From assembly GCA_021463645.1 (NCBI GenBank), contig JAJTYI010000006.1, forward strand, positions 53,692 through 117,691: a stretch of DNA of 64,000 nt, in the 5' to 3' direction. Position numbers and translations under genes: made by a program. The stretch's first letter is position 1. Every line of letters begins with the position of its first letter. Positions 63,143 to 64,000 of this stretch are shown here, in pieces. The stretch comes from a bacterium (lineage in GTDB: Bacteria > Patescibacteriota > Dojkabacteria > B142 > OLB20). A model generated the notes under the pieces. That model ran no database searches and was not told where the DNA came from. It was given only the letters and a program-made list of their open reading frames with translations.

Positions 63143-64000
63143 TCAAGGATTCACAATAACCTTCCCAGGATAATCAACTTCCCCTGTACTCATTTTGTAT
63201 ATCAACTCGGGAAATTCTTCTAAGCCGACTTCGACAGATACCATCTTCTGAACAGAGAATGCCTCTGGGGATTCGTTTTTAAGTTTGAAAGCTTCCAGAA
63301 AATCATCTCTTCCACATCCATAAGCCCCTGCAAGATATAGGTTTTTATCATCATATGTAATCTTCTGAAAACCCTCGTTCCGCCTAATTGAATCGATGTT
63401 AATTTCTGAATTTAGATGGGTGTCTGCTTTCTTGGTTCCGCCATAAAGAAATACTACTCCACTATCTTTAACAATTTGGTGCGCTACATTCAAGGTTTCG
63501 TCATTGATGATTGTGGGTACGACTACAACAATATTGAAAATGCCCTTGAAGTTATCATATTCTTCCAATTTAATTAACTTTGATTCTGGAAACAGAGACT
63601 GCTCCTTTAGAAAACTTAGTCTCTCATCCCCTCTATTAAATACAGAAATCTGAGCACCATAATGACTAAATAACATTGAGAATAATGTTCCGGAATTCCC
63701 TGCGCCTATTACTGCGATATTCTTTCCATTGAAATCGTCGACTTTCATGTGATGCCTTAACACATTTACACTATGAACGATGCACGCAAACGGTTCTGGT
63801 TGCCATTTTGGGTTTATTGCGGTCTCGGCAGGAATTTCTATCAATGCCTTGTGTAGGGTTTTTATATCTCCTGTTACCTTAAAGTATTGAGCATAACCGG
63901 TTGTCCGATTCGGAGTAATGTTAGGATTAAATGTGACCATCGCTCCTTGCGTAAAACCAGTCTTTGAACCAGCAAATTCTATTTCTCCGATAATCTCATG
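63143..64000 (-). CDS. Medium-chain (zinc-type) alcohol/polyol dehydrogenase family protein, 5' end outside window
   Basis: The minus-strand frame stays open to base 64000 and reads HEIIGEIEFAGSKTGFTQGAMVTFNP (GHE..G region). It has the Rossmann motif IAVIGAGNSGTLF. Confidence 0.7.
   Translation of the reverse strand, partial: HEIIGEIEFAGSKTGFTQGAMVTFNPNITPNRTTGYAQYFKVTGDIKTLHKALIEIPAETAINPKWQPEPFACIVHSVNVLRHHMKVDDFNGKNIAVIGAGNSGTLFSMLFSHYGAQISVFNRGDERLSFLKEQSLFPESKLIKLEEYDNFKGIFNIVVVVPTIINDETLNVAHQIVKDSGVVFLYGGTKKADTHLNSEINIDSIRRNEGFQKITYDDKNLYLAGAYGCGRDDFLEAFKLKNESPEAFSVQKMVSVEVGLEEFPELIYKMSTGEVDYPGKVIVNP

Noticed and set aside
1-64000. I searched for rRNA, tRNA, CRISPR arrays, transposases, integrases and phage structural genes.
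   Set aside because: The gaps between supported genes are nearly all under 200 nt, and the two longest are 307 nt (upstream of rny) and 367 nt (28058..28424, which contains the DUF1232 ORF). None shows tRNA-like T-arm or acceptor features, direct-repeat/spacer periodicity or terminal inverted repeats. No ORF has transposase, integrase or capsid-like motifs.
1-64000. I considered an alternative genetic code (UGA recoded as Gly, as in Gracilibacteria/Absconditabacteria).
   Set aside because: Well-supported genes end on TGA at the expected length, for example ruvX at 60964..60966 and mltG at 62078..62080. All housekeeping genes are intact under the standard code.

Overview
This is an AT-rich, gene-dense bacterial window. 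I support about 56 CDS, and intergenic gaps are short or overlapping. The standard genetic code applies, since TGA is used as a stop. I see no rRNA, tRNA, CRISPR array, transposase or integrase. The gene content includes type-2 IPP isomerase, RNase Y and many membrane-anchored secreted hydrolases. That fits an uncultivated small-genome lineage such as Patescibacteria/CPR, but this is inference only. Layout: (i) 1-21.4 kb is a cell-surface glycan locus. It holds a 2-epimerase fragment, seven GT2 catalytic domains across six ORFs, two GT-C-like membrane proteins, two methyltransferases, a glutamine-amidotransferase/N-acetyl-sugar-amidotransferase fusion, a kinase-like coiled-coil protein, a Wzm/Wzt-type ABC exporter and an embedded S8 protease. 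(ii) 21.5-49 kb is mostly housekeeping: fmt, lgt, ileS, 2x lepB, parA, parB, an amidase, rny, fni, recA, holA, murJ and pnp. These are interspersed with an AbiEii-like pair, a HEPN-nucleotidyltransferase fusion, a membrane HEPN-like protein and a secreted metalloprotease. (iii) 49.2-60.5 kb is a co-directional array of four right-handed beta-helix proteins plus a subtilisin. (iv) 60.5-64 kb holds ruvX, mltG, small proteins and a truncated MDR dehydrogenase. The most unusual observations are three. First, the isoleucyl-tRNA synthetase carries two inserted phosphohydrolase-type domains, one CYTH-like and one histidine-phosphatase-like. Second, a cysteine-containing dockerin-like C-terminal module is shared, even at DNA level, by four consecutive secreted enzymes of different catalytic type. 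These enzymes also share an N-terminal anchor motif, and one carries an internal copy of that anchor suggesting a gene fusion. Third, a split WbdD-like methyltransferase plus kinase/coiled-coil pair lies next to the ABC exporter. All domain calls come from reading motifs in the translations, and no searches were run.
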